Source of the DNA: an uncultured Acidobacteriota bacterium
GTDB lineage: Bacteria > Acidobacteriota > Vicinamibacteria > Marinacidobacterales > SMYC01
Reading direction: 5' to 3'
Length of the DNA: 64,000 nt
Assembly: GCA_963815675.1 (NCBI GenBank)
Contig: CAWFHP010000006.1
Span: 448,360 to 512,359, forward strand
Within the stretch, counting starts at the first letter, position 1; every line of letters starts with the position of its first letter. Both the position numbers and the translations under genes were made by a program. The notes beneath the pieces were generated by a model. The model was given only the letters and a program-made list of their open reading frames with translations. It was not told the origin of the DNA and did no database searches. Below, in pieces: positions 40,281 to 49,797 of this stretch.

Positions 40281-41729
40281 CTAGACGCCCCGGTAGGGAG
40301 CGAAGGCCGATTCCGGGGGTGGCTTGGTGAGAAGGCTCACCACGAAAAAGAGCGCTCCAGAGACGAGGAGACCGGGGAGCACCGGATCGAGCGCTTTCGA
40401 GCCCCATCCCTTCCAGAGAAAACACGCGGCGAGACCGCCGATCATGGCGGAGAGCGCTCCCGCCTCGGTGGCACGTGACCAGTAGACGCCGCCGACGACG
40501 GGAACGAAGAAGCTCGAGGCCATGAGGGCGGTGTAAAGGAGAACGATGAACTGCACCAGTTCACCCTTGCTCACACCGCTGAAGACGAGAAGGAGCGGGA
40601 CCACGCCGACGACGAGGAGGCCCACGCGGCCCACGCGGAGCTTGGCTTTTTCGCTCGCCGCTGGATGGATGCTCCCGAACAGGTCGTGAGCCAGTGCCGA
40701 GCCGGCGACGAGCATCAACGAGTCGACGGTGGACATGATGGCGGACGTGATGGCGGCGAGGAGCAGCGCCCCGAGGACCGGGGGCAAAACGGCGCGCGCG
40801 ACCATGGGCATCGCCAGGTCTCCGGTCGGAAGAGAGGGGAAGAGCACGATGCTCGCGAGCGCGATCACGAAGATGACGAGGTTCAGGCCGGTCGCGGCGA
40901 CGAAGGCGAAGAGAATGCCGCGCCGAACGGTCCGCATGTCCCGCATCGCGTAGAGACGGACGAGCTTTTCCGGGGTCGCGACCGTTCCCAGGGTGAAGGC
41001 GAGCCCCATCGTCACCAGGCTTCCGGGAGGGAAGGTCTCCCATCCGAACGTCTCGGGCTTTACGACGGTGACGTAGTGAAACAGCGCGCCGATCCCGCCG
41101 ACCTGCCGGATGGCGAGAGGGAGCGCCGCCAGAACTCCCGCGCCCATGATGACGAGCTGGAGAAAGTCCGTGTAGACGACGGCGAGCATGCCTCCGATCG
41201 CGGTATAGGCGAGAAGAACGAGGGTGAAGGCTACCATCGCCCATTCGGCTGGGATTCCGAAGACGATGTTTCCGATCAGTCCGCCGGCAACGATCTGCGC
41301 CTGTACGTAGACGACGATGGCGACGAGGATGACGACGGCGGAAAGGCGCCGCACGACGACGCTGTCGTAGCGGGACTCGAGGAACGCGGGGAGGGTGAAT
41401 TCCTTCGTTCGGGTGAAGCGAGGAGCGAGCACGGCCGCCATGAACCAGTAGGCGGCGGGAATGGAAAGGACGATCCAGGCGAAGGACCAGCCGGAGGTAT
41501 AGATGACCCCGATGGTTCCGATGAAGGTGCCGGCGCTCGCGTGAGTCGCCGCGAGCGTCGCTCCTCCGAGTAGCCAGCCGAGCTTACCCCCTGCGATCCA
41601 GTAGTCGGACTCGTTTCGAGTCAGCTTCAGACAATAGAACCCGATGGCGAAAACGACGACGAAGTAGAGGAGGAAGAGGACGGCCTGGACGCTCACGGCC
41701 GGGCCCGCCGCTCGCAGCGCATCATCCAC
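40281..41729 (-). CDS. Sodium:solute symporter (SSS family)
   Basis: Intact 482-aa ORF with 13 TM helices and SSS signature regions. Confidence 0.8.
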   Translation of the reverse strand: MDDALRAAGPAVSVQAVLFLLYFVVVFAIGFYCLKLTRNESDYWIAGGKLGWLLGGATLAATHASAGTFIGTIGVIYTSGWSFAWIVLSIPAAYWFMAAVLAPRFTRTKEFTLPAFLESRYDSVVVRRLSAVVILVAIVVYVQAQIVAGGLIGNIVFGIPAEWAMVAFTLVLLAYTAIGGMLAVVYTDFLQLVIMGAGVLAALPLAIRQVGGIGALFHYVTVVKPETFGWETFPPGSLVTMGLAFTLGTVATPEKLVRLYAMRDMRTVRRGILFAFVAATGLNLVIFVIALASIVLFPSLPTGDLAMPMVARAVLPPVLGALLLAAITSAIMSTVDSLMLVAGSALAHDLFGSIHPAASEKAKLRVGRVGLLVVGVVPLLLVFSGVSKGELVQFIVLLYTALMASSFFVPVVGGVYWSRATEAGALSAMIGGLAACFLWKGWGSKALDPVLPGLLVSGALFFVVSLLTKPPPESAFAPYRGV

Positions 41730-42425
41730 GTCGAGTAGAGACCGGCGACCGCCGCGCAGACGGCGAAGAGCCCCCAGAAGGAGAACCCGGCTCGTGACAA
41801 CGAACCCAGGATCGAAGCGTCCCCGCTATCCGGTGCGCCCACCGCCACGAACGCGGGAACGAGGGGAAGACGCCACTGGTAGCTCCTGCCATCCGCGTCT
41901 CCCACGCCGTTCGAGGGAAAGCTTTCGAGGACGTCCCCATCGCCTCCCTCACCGAGGAGGAGACGTCCCGAGAAGGCTCCTACTCGCGCCGCCGCCTGTC
42001 CATCCGCGACGATGACGGTGGGGACGGTGACGGCGCGATCGTCGCTTTGATTCACGACGTAACGAAAGCTCACGACCCGTTCCGCCGACGCCTCCGACGC
42101 GTCCGACGCCTCCGTTTCCGGAAGACCCGCAGAGGACGGAGAGATCGATCTCTCCTCGAAGGAGAGGGCGACGCGAGGGATCGAGCCGCATGGCGAGCGC
42201 GCGCTCGCCTTCGAACGCGGAAAGACTTTCGATCCGAGTCTCGCGTATCTCGAGCACCCGGAACGGAAGACTCGTCGCACCGCGAGCGTGTATGAGAAGG
42301 CGTATGTCGACCCGCGCGTCGACGGCGCCTCCGGGACCGCGAGAAGCTTCGAGCCTCGTTTCGAGAACGTCGCTCCGGATGGCCGGTCCTCCGGGCGCGG
42401 CGAGGAGCGCCACGAGGAGGATCAT
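41693..42425 (-). CDS. Hypothetical exported protein with a C-terminal TM helix; apparent frame change near 42100
   Basis: Signal peptide MILLVALLAAPGGPA (ATG 42425) lies in the tail frame of ORF 41949..43328. The C-terminal part (ORF 41693..42280) ends in FSFWGLFAVCAAVAGLYSTWMM. The gene overlaps the symporter start. Confidence 0.4.
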
Positions 42426-42432
42426 GCTCCCG

Positions 42433-42462
42433 ACTCCTACTCCTACTCCTACTCCTACTCCC
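42433..42462. repeat. (ACTCCT)4-ACTCCC hexamer tandem repeat, equivalent to (GGAGTA)n on the coding strand, spanning the dipeptidase stop and the RBS region of the downstream gene
   Basis: Read directly. On the minus strand it gives tgg gag tag gag tag gag tag gag tag gag tcg gga gc ATG. Confidence 0.9.
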
Positions 42463-43678
42463 AGACTTCCTTCAAGAGCCGGAGAGAGTTCCCCCCGACG
42501 ACTTTGGCGATGTCCGCGTCGGAGTATCGGTGGGCTACGAGCCAGCGAACGATGTTGTCGGCCGCCTCCGTCGGGTTCTCGATTCCTTTTACGTACTCGA
42601 CCTCTTCGAAGGCGGGCGCGCCGCTCGCCTCTCTTTGATGGGATTCCTGGATCGAAAGGCTCGACTTGTAGACGTGATGAAGCCCGACGTGATTGCCGTA
42701 GAGAGTGTCGGGCCCGAACGAGACGTGATCGATACCCACCAATCCCTTCACGTACTCGAAGTGCTCCATGTACGACTCGACGTCGTGCTTCGGGTGCGCC
42801 GCCGTCAATGTGGTATGAGGCGCCGCTTCGATCCCGATGATCCCGCCCTTGTCGGCGCATGCTTTCAGGACGTCGTCGGGCGCCATGCGGCTGGTGTTCC
42901 AGAGGGCACGGGCACCGATGTGGCTCAGCACGATGGGCTTCCGGCTCTTCTCGATGACGTCGAGGGTCGTCTGATCTCCGCAGTGGGAGCAATCGATGAG
43001 CATTCCCACCTGGTTCATCCGCTCGACGACACGGCTTCCGAAGGCGGTGAGTCCGCCGTCTCGGGTCTCCTTCAGCCCCGAGCCCAGTGAATTGGATTCG
43101 CTGTACGTGATGCCCATGGCTCGAACGCCGAACCCATAGAGGATCTCGACTCGATCGAGCTCGTTCTCGATGGGTGCCGCACCCTCCACCGACGCGACCC
43201 ATGCGATGCGGCCTTCCCGATGGGCGCGAAGGATGTCGTCCACCGTCAACGCATGGATGAGGAAGTCCTGATGACCGAGATCGCAGAGCCGCATGCCGAG
43301 ATCGTGGAGCACCTCCGTCCACTTCCAACCGCGCTTCGACTCGATCTGGCAGATCCCGTCCATCATGTTGTCGAAGATACAGTCCCAGTGACAGCGGGCG
43401 AGTCCTTCGAAGGCGGTCGCCATGCGCCCCTCGCGGACGTAGTCGGGTGTGTCGGTGATGGGCTCGGGGAAGAGCCCGAGGTGATCGTGAAGCGAGATGA
43501 TCACGTTCTCCCGCAAGATCCGCTGAACCCGTTCTTCTTCCTCGTCGGTGACCTTGACCGTGAAGGGGGGAACGCGGTCGACCTGGGCGGTGAGCGTAAA
43601 CTGCCGGTAGTCCCGGCCGGCGCGAAGATACCGAAACGATTCGTAGCCCGAGTACTTCTTGTCGGTTCCCATTGACAT
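42455..43678 (-). CDS. Membrane dipeptidase (peptidase M19 family)
   Basis: Intact 407-aa ORF. Renal-dipeptidase family motifs (HDHLG, LSHIGARAL, IGIDHVSFGPD). Confidence 0.8.
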   Translation of the reverse strand: MSMGTDKKYSGYESFRYLRAGRDYRQFTLTAQVDRVPPFTVKVTDEEEERVQRILRENVIISLHDHLGLFPEPITDTPDYVREGRMATAFEGLARCHWDCIFDNMMDGICQIESKRGWKWTEVLHDLGMRLCDLGHQDFLIHALTVDDILRAHREGRIAWVASVEGAAPIENELDRVEILYGFGVRAMGITYSESNSLGSGLKETRDGGLTAFGSRVVERMNQVGMLIDCSHCGDQTTLDVIEKSRKPIVLSHIGARALWNTSRMAPDDVLKACADKGGIIGIEAAPHTTLTAAHPKHDVESYMEHFEYVKGLVGIDHVSFGPDTLYGNHVGLHHVYKSSLSIQESHQREASGAPAFEEVEYVKGIENPTEAADNIVRWLVAHRYSDADIAKVVGGNSLRLLKEVWE

Positions 43679-43812
43679 CTCCTTTGATTAATGCTCACCT
43701 CGTGCGTCTACTCAGTGCCGCGGGGCCCCACCCCCGCGGCCCGTCGCTCCGCGCTTCGTGCCGCGCTCAGGCCGAGGGCTCCGCTCGCCCTGAGTATCCG
43801 TTCGACATTTGC

Positions 43813-44730
43813 CTACTTTCCGCTGATCGTCGTGTCGGCCATGCCTTCGATGAAGTTGGCGAGCGCGGAGTGATCTCGATCGCCCTTGCCGTTCACCACC
43901 AACGCCTCGACCATCTGCTGGATCAACGCCGTCACCGGGAGGGGTACGCCGAGGTCCTTTCCCGTGAGAAGCGCATTCGCCAGATCCTTGCGGTGGAGTC
44001 GAATGCGGAAGCCGGGCGCGAAGTTCCCTTCGATCATCATCGGCGCCTTGGCGTTCAGGACGTTGCTGCCCGCGAGACCGCCGCGGATGGCTTCGAATAC
44101 GACGTTCGGGTCCAGGCCCGCCTTCTTTCCCAGCACCAGAGCCTCGCCCACCGCCTCGATATTCGCGGCGACGATGACCTGGTTGCAGAGCTTCACGGTA
44201 TTGCCCGCGCCGTAGCCGCCGCAAAGGACGAAGCTCTTTCCCAGACGCTCGAAGAGGGGCCGAGCGCGCTCGAAAACGTCTCGCTTGCCGCCCACCATGA
44301 TGGCGAGCTGACCCGCGATCGCGCCGGGCTCGCCGCCGCTCACGGGCGCGTCGAGAAACTCCACCCCTTTCGCTTCGCAGCCGGCGGCGATCTTCTGCGA
44401 TACCGCGGGAGCGATCGAGCTCATGTCGATGACGACGGCACCGCGCGCCGCTCCTTCCAGGACGCCGCCCGGCCCGAGAATCACCGCCTCCGAGTCGGGA
44501 GAATCGGGAAGCATGGTGAGGACGCCGTCGCGACCCTCGGCACATTCCCGTGGAGTCTCAGCGCGCTCGGCGCCCTCCGCAACGAGCTCGTCGACCGGCG
44601 GCCGGGACCGGCTCGCCACCTTCAAGGCGAATCCGGCTTTGAGGAGATTTCGGGCCATGGGCTTTCCCATGATGCCCAATCCCACGAACCCGACCTTGCG
44701 GATCCCCTGGACGCTCTGCGTTTCCTTCAC
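43813..44730 (-). CDS. NAD(P)-dependent 3-hydroxyisobutyrate / 2-hydroxy-3-oxopropionate reductase family oxidoreductase
   Basis: GFVGLGIMG Rossmann motif and a 6-PGDH-like C-terminal domain. 305 aa. Confidence 0.8.
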   Translation of the reverse strand: MKETQSVQGIRKVGFVGLGIMGKPMARNLLKAGFALKVASRSRPPVDELVAEGAERAETPRECAEGRDGVLTMLPDSPDSEAVILGPGGVLEGAARGAVVIDMSSIAPAVSQKIAAGCEAKGVEFLDAPVSGGEPGAIAGQLAIMVGGKRDVFERARPLFERLGKSFVLCGGYGAGNTVKLCNQVIVAANIEAVGEALVLGKKAGLDPNVVFEAIRGGLAGSNVLNAKAPMMIEGNFAPGFRIRLHRKDLANALLTGKDLGVPLPVTALIQQMVEALVVNGKGDRDHSALANFIEGMADTTISGK

Positions 44731-44824
44731 CCCGGCCTCCTTCGACGGCGACGACTTCGGCGCGCCGAGGGGAATTATATGGTCGGCAGGAGAGGCGGCA
44801 AAGGCCGTCGTATCTTACAATGAG

Positions 44825-45235
44825 ATGATGAGCACGAAGGTGTCGGCGATCATGACGCGGGTGGTCGAGAGCCTGCGGCCGGGGGAGTCCTTGTCGCGCG
44901 CCGACGCTCTCATTCGCGAAAAGCGATACCGGCACTTTCCCGTGGTCGAGAAGGGACGGCTCGTGGGAATCCTCTCGGAACGCGACGTCCTTCGCGCGGC
45001 GCTGTCGACCGCTTCCGGACCTTCGCACCAGGCACAGACGGACTTCCTCGCCACCGTCAAAGTCGAGGAAGTCATGAGCCGCGACGTCGTGACGATTACG
45101 CCCGACGAAGACGTGAAAGACGCCGCCCTCACCATGCTTTCGGGCAGTATCGGATGCCTGCCGGTCGTGGAGCGGGAAGCGGTGGTGGGACTCGTCACCG
45201 AGAGCGACATCCTGCGGTTCGTCGCCGACGGCTGA
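44825..45235 (+). CDS. CBS-domain pair protein
   Basis: Two CBS motifs (VVESLRPGESLSRADALIREKRYRHFPVV; VVTITPDEDVKDAALTMLSGSIGCLPVV). Confidence 0.75.
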   Translation: MMSTKVSAIMTRVVESLRPGESLSRADALIREKRYRHFPVVEKGRLVGILSERDVLRAALSTASGPSHQAQTDFLATVKVEEVMSRDVVTITPDEDVKDAALTMLSGSIGCLPVVEREAVVGLVTESDILRFVADG

Positions 45236-45281
45236 GACCGAGCTCGAGATTCCCGGTCCTATCCCGTCCGGCGTCCGGCTT

Positions 45282-45476
45282 TCAGCTCTTGGACGGCTTG
45301 CCGGTACTTCGCGCGATGAGGCCCGCGACGAAGCCCACGAGCCCGGTGTTGACGGCGAGGATCGGCACCGCCCCCGGGATGGCGACGCCGCCGCCGCCGT
45401 AGAGAAAGCAAATGGCCGCGGTGAGCCCCGCAGTCGCCGCGCCACACAGAACCGCCGTGATGAGTGGTGAGTTCAT
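45282..45476 (-). CDS. GlsB/YeaQ/YmgE-family small stress-response membrane protein
   Basis: 64 aa with two TM helices and a glycine-rich loop (FLYGGGGVAIPGAVPILAVN). Confidence 0.65.
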   Translation of the reverse strand: MNSPLITAVLCGAATAGLTAAICFLYGGGGVAIPGAVPILAVNTGLVGFVAGLIARSTGKPSKS

Positions 45477-45511
45477 CTGTCTTTCGTCATCGCTGTGGTC
45501 GAAACCAAAAA

Positions 45512-45588
45512 TGGCGCGCCCGGTAGGGCTCGAACCTACGACCTACAGATTCGAAGTCTGGCGCTCTATCCAACTGAGCTACGGGCGC
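45512..45588 (-). tRNA. tRNA-Arg (anticodon TCG)
   Basis: Manual fold. Acceptor GCGCCCG/CGGGCGC, anticodon loop CTTCGAA, T-loop GGTTCGAGCCC, CCA. Confidence 0.7.
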
Positions 45589-45642
45589 GATCGAACCAAC
45601 AAACTATAAAGGAGCATGGAGCTGGAGACAAGGAGGCGACGT

Positions 45643-45718
45643 CTGGGGTGGGTGATGGGGCTCGAACCCACAACCACTGGAGCCACAGTCCAGTGCTCTA
45701 CCATTGAGCTACACCCAC
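45643..45718 (-). tRNA. tRNA-His (anticodon GTG) with an encoded G-1
   Basis: Anticodon loop CTGTGGC. Extra 5' G pairs with C73. CCA end present. Confidence 0.75.
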
Positions 45719-45731
45719 CGCAAGATCCCAT

Positions 45732-45808
45732 TTGGTACGCCAGGGAGGACTCGAACCCCCGACATGCGGCTTAGAAGGCCGCCGCTCTATCCACCTGAGC
45801 TACTGGCG
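45732..45808 (-). tRNA. tRNA-Arg (anticodon TCT)
   Basis: Anticodon stem GCGGC/GCCGC, loop CTTCTAA, T-loop GGTTCGAGTCC, CCA. Confidence 0.75.
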
Positions 45809-45843
45809 CACGAGCTTTCGCTCTGTTTCCTTCCAGTCCCCGT

Positions 45844-45922
<79 letters not shown>

Positions 45923-45962
45923 CGTGGAAACCAGCTATTATAGGGTTCTTCGAGCGCAGGCG

Positions 45963-46567
45963 TCAACGAAGGCGCGCGGTCTCTTCCAAATAGGCTCTGA
46001 GGGCCTTCATCGCCTTTCCCCGATGGCTGACGCGGTTCTTCGCGTCGGGGTCGATTTCGGCGAGCCTTCGGGCGAGGGGAGGATAGAAGAAGATGGGGTC
46101 ATATCCGAAGCCCCCTTCACCTCCGGGCTCGAGGGCGATGATCCCTTCGCAGGTGGCTCTATGCTCGAAGAGGATCCTGCCGCCAACAGCGAGCGCGATG
46201 GCACTCACGTAGCGGGCCGCCCTCTCTTCCCAGGGTACTCCCGCGAGAAGCTCGAGCAGCCGGGCGTTCTTCACCTCGTACGAAGTCTCCGCGCCCAGCC
46301 ATCGGGACGACTCGACGCCGGGAGCACCTTTTAGAGCGTCGACGACGAGACCGGCGTCCTCGGCGACCGCGGAAAGGCCGGTGACGCGTTCGTAGTAGAT
46401 GGCCTTCACGGAAGCGTTGTCTCGGAAGGTCGGACCCGGCTCGGCGGGAGGCTCGAGAGGTTGGGACCACTCATCGAGGCCGACGAGCTCCACGCCGCCG
46501 AGGCCGGCGAGAGCAACTCGTTGCTCGCGAAGTTTTCCTCGACTGGTCGTAGCGAGAAGAAGCTTCA
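45963..46567 (-). CDS. rdgB: RdgB/HAM1-family non-canonical purine NTP pyrophosphatase (dITP/XTPase)
   Basis: LLLATTSRGKLRE, GFGYDPIFF and similar motifs. Probable TTG start at 46567, overlapping the rph stop by 3 nt. Confidence 0.75.
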
Positions 46568-47305
46568 AGGCTTCGGTGAATCGGAGAGCGGGCCGAGGAT
46601 CTCGCGCTGTATCGCGATCAGTTGCTCGATGCCGCCGGTCGCGAGCTCCAGCATCTCGAGAAGCGATTGTTGCGAGAACGGGTTGGATTCCGCCGTTCCC
46701 TGGACTTCGACCAGATCTCCCGAGCCCGTCATCACGACGTTCATGTCGACCTCGGCCTTCGAGTCCTCTTGATAGTTCAAGTCCAGTAACAGCTCGTCGC
46801 GGACGATGCCGACGCTCGTCGCCGCCACGTGATCGCGAATGGGGATGGTCCCGATGATGCCCGCGGTCTTGGCCGCCCGGAGCGCGAGCGCGAGCGCGAC
46901 GAAGGCCCCGGAAATGGAGGCGGTGCGGGTGCCCCCGTCGGCCTGCAGCACGTCGCAGTCGATCCACACCGTACGCTCCCCGAGCTTCTTCAGATCGACG
47001 ACGGCACGAAGCGAGCGTCCGATGAGACGTTGGATCTCCTGGGTCCGGCCGGAGACCCGCCCGCGGGTGGATTCCCTGGGGATCCGTTCCTTGGAGGAGC
47101 GGGGAAGCATTCCGTATTCCGCCGTGACCCAGCCCGAGCCGCCGCCTTTCAAGAACGGCGGCACTTTTTCCTCGAGGGTGGCGGCACAGACCACTTTGGT
47201 CTCGCCTACCTGGATGAGAGCCGAGCCCTCGGCATGTCTCAGAAAGTGCGGGGTGATTGTGACGGGGCGTGGCTCGTCGCGGCTTCGGCCGTCAACTCGT
47301 TTCAT
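46565..47305 (-). CDS. rph: Ribonuclease PH
   Basis: [43 protein letters not shown]... matches RNase PH. Sits in the conserved rph-rdgB arrangement. Confidence 0.85.
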   Translation of the reverse strand: MKRVDGRSRDEPRPVTITPHFLRHAEGSALIQVGETKVVCAATLEEKVPPFLKGGGSGWVTAEYGMLPRSSKERIPRESTRGRVSGRTQEIQRLIGRSLRAVVDLKKLGERTVWIDCDVLQADGGTRTASISGAFVALALALRAAKTAGIIGTIPIRDHVAATSVGIVRDELLLDLNYQEDSKAEVDMNVVMTGSGDLVEVQGTAESNPFSQQSLLEMLELATGGIEQLIAIQREILGPLSDSPKP

Positions 47306-47972
47306 TCTTGATCTCGGTTCGTTCGGAAGGAGGCTGAAGGTAATCCGGTGCCCGGCCGTAAGGAATGGTGAGATCCAGGTGGCCGGCGATGGTCTGAATC
47401 TCACGACCCTCGACGAGGATTTTCGCCGTCTTGATCGCGGGAAAGTTGGCGACGAGGGTCTGCGTCAAACTGTAGACGGTGAGCTCTTCCGCTGAAGATC
47501 CCCCGGGGTGATTCGTGATCAGCTCTTGCGAGAGGTCCACGTACGCGATGCCCTGAGAGGTGATGAAGAGCTCGCGAAGCGTCACCCCGGAGGGAATCGC
47601 GGAAGAGCGTCGAAGGAGAAGCTCCACCACCGCTTTCGCCTGTTCCTGAACGGATGCGGCGAGGGGGATCTCCTGAGTCTCGGTGGCGAGCTCTCGGCCC
47701 GAAGGACCGACCACGTAGAGCGTGACCTGGATGCGACGAGCATCCGAGTCGATCGCGTCTCCCGTCGATTCTGCGGGTCCCGTCGTTTCCGTTGTCTGCG
47801 CGGTCGCAACCGTCCCCTCGGGTGTTTGTCGTTGGTTTGCTTCGGACGGTGAAAAAAGCTCTTCACTCGTCTGGGGAACCGGCTGCCGAAGGATCCAGAT
47901 GGTGCCCCAGACCGCGACTCCAATGAGCGCGAGCGCGATTCCCGCAGCGACGAGGACGCTCCGGGTTCTCAC
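47292..47972 (-). CDS. GerMN-domain lipoprotein/membrane protein
   Basis: N-terminal TM helix ([17 protein letters not shown]), a Thr/Glu-rich linker and a GerMN-like C-terminus. GTG start at 47972 overlaps the amidase stop (GTGA). Confidence 0.55.
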   Translation of the reverse strand: MRTRSVLVAAGIALALIGVAVWGTIWILRQPVPQTSEELFSPSEANQRQTPEGTVATAQTTETTGPAESTGDAIDSDARRIQVTLYVVGPSGRELATETQEIPLAASVQEQAKAVVELLLRRSSAIPSGVTLRELFITSQGIAYVDLSQELITNHPGGSSAEELTVYSLTQTLVANFPAIKTAKILVEGREIQTIAGHLDLTIPYGRAPDYLQPPSERTEIKNETS

Positions 47973-49696
47973 TTCCGACCCTGGGACGATCGATCCGCAG
48001 CGCTGGGCTCGTACTCGTACACGTCTTTGAAGCGCAGGACGCCGCGGTAGAGTGCTTCGGCCAATCGGTCCTGGTAGGCAGCGGAGCCGAGAAGCTCTTC
48101 CTCCTGCGGGTTCGAGATGAAGCCGACTTCGACGAGCACCGCCGGCATCGTGGCCCCCTTGAGAACGCGAAAGGTGTTCTGCTTGATCCCGCGATCGACC
48201 TTCTCCGCGGAACCGGTGGCGCCGAGCAGCTCCTGCTGGAAGATTTCCGCCAGCTTCGAGGATTGGCTCAGGTGCGATGCCTGGGCCATGTCCCACAGGA
48301 TGAAGTCGAGCTCGCCGTCTCCGCCGGAGCCCCGGGTGGCCGACGTTTGATTGTGGGCGGCCGAAACCTGACCGGCGCTGGACTCCGAACCGGAGTACGA
48401 GAGGAAGTAGACCGAGGAGCCTCGTGCGTCGCGGATCGGCGACGCGTCGGCGTGAATGCTGATGAAGAGGTCCGCCTTGTTGCTGTTCGCGAGCGCCGCG
48501 CGGTCATCGAGCCCGAGGTTGCGGTCGCCGTCTCGCGTGAGAACGACGCGAAGACCGAGACGATCCTGCAGCAGCGTACGAAGCCTCCGCGCGATCGAGA
48601 GGGCGACGTCTTTCTCGAAGAGACCTCCCTTGCCCTCGGCTCCCGTCTCCGCTCCACCGTGTCCCGGGTCGAGGCAGACGACACGAAGCTCGGCGGGGGC
48701 CGAGCGCGCATGCTCCATGATGTCGGCCGCGGATGTCGGCGTGCCGAAGTCGGAAGGAAGCTCGATGGTGGTCACGTTGTCCGGCGTCGCCGCCTCGCCT
48801 TCGGGCGCCGGCGTTGGCGTTGGCGGCGTCGCGCCCGTTTCGCGCTCCTCGATGGGACGCAGATCCTCGTGGATCGTCTCGACGTTCCCCGGTTGCGAGC
48901 CTCCCGCCGCCGTGGGAACCCGACTCCGTAGGAGATCGAGCACGACACCGCGCTCCGGATAGTCGCGCTCGAAGGCCTTCAACGTTCCGAATCGGGGCCC
49001 GAGATCGACGATGAGCTCGTAGTCTCCCGTGTGGCGCTGAAGCCGTATGCGCTGGACCACCTCGTCGAGAATCTCCTCGTCCTTGAAGTCCGTCCTCAAG
49101 TAGGGCGTGTGGATCGACAGGCGGATCTGGTTGTCCGCCCGGGACATCTCGATCGGGGCCTGGCCGGTCGTGCTGACTTCCACCCGGGTATAGGTGGGGT
49201 CGCGCGTCGTCTTGACCTCGAGGGTCGGAAAGGCGTTGCCCACCAGGAGCATTCGCTCGGACTCTCGATAGGCGACCGCCTCGCTCGAAAGCGTGGGGAA
49301 CACCTTGGTGAGAAAATCCATGGGAACGAACCAATTCCCGGATACGAGACGCACCGGTGATTGGAGCAGAACGAGCTTTCCGCCCACCGAAACGAAGTTG
49401 CGGCCGTCGGTGAGGCGCGCCTGCTTGCCGTTCGCGGAAAGCGTCACGCTCTGCTCGGACGCGGGGCGCACGGTCGCCGAAGCGAGCTTGGCGAGAGCTT
49501 CCAGAGGAAGCATCTCGACTCCCGAGAACTCGCTCAACGGTATGGTGTCGAGGCTGCCCTCCGAGACGACGGTAATCTCGTGTTGGTTCGGCTGTGCCCA
49601 GAGCGCAGTCGCGGCTGTGATCGGGATCGTGATCGTGGTGGCGGCAAGGACGGAAGCGACACCCCACGACGCGAGGTTGAGACGGTTCGTCGCCAT
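47969..49696 (-). CDS. N-acetylmuramoyl-L-alanine amidase (AmiC-like) with N-terminal AMIN domains
   Basis: ATG at 49696 (MATNRLNLAS...). The Amidase_3 catalytic domain reads VVCLDPGHGGAETGAEG...ADLFISIHADAS...PAVLVEVGFISNPQEE. The upstream 1,220-aa ORF extension is antisense of the ino1 region and not coding. Confidence 0.8.
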   Translation of the reverse strand: MATNRLNLASWGVASVLAATTITIPITAATALWAQPNQHEITVVSEGSLDTIPLSEFSGVEMLPLEALAKLASATVRPASEQSVTLSANGKQARLTDGRNFVSVGGKLVLLQSPVRLVSGNWFVPMDFLTKVFPTLSSEAVAYRESERMLLVGNAFPTLEVKTTRDPTYTRVEVSTTGQAPIEMSRADNQIRLSIHTPYLRTDFKDEEILDEVVQRIRLQRHTGDYELIVDLGPRFGTLKAFERDYPERGVVLDLLRSRVPTAAGGSQPGNVETIHEDLRPIEERETGATPPTPTPAPEGEAATPDNVTTIELPSDFGTPTSAADIMEHARSAPAELRVVCLDPGHGGAETGAEGKGGLFEKDVALSIARRLRTLLQDRLGLRVVLTRDGDRNLGLDDRAALANSNKADLFISIHADASPIRDARGSSVYFLSYSGSESSAGQVSAAHNQTSATRGSGGDGELDFILWDMAQASHLSQSSKLAEIFQQELLGATGSAEKVDRGIKQNTFRVLKGATMPAVLVEVGFISNPQEEELLGSAAYQDRLAEALYRGVLRFKDVYEYEPSAADRSSQGRK

Positions 49697-49797
49697 GAGC
49701 TCTATTGTGCTGCTGGGTACAAGATTAGCACAGAAACGACGCGCCAATCCCTGTCCCCGATTTCCGAACGACGAGAGCGCGAGCGTGAGCCCGCGTT

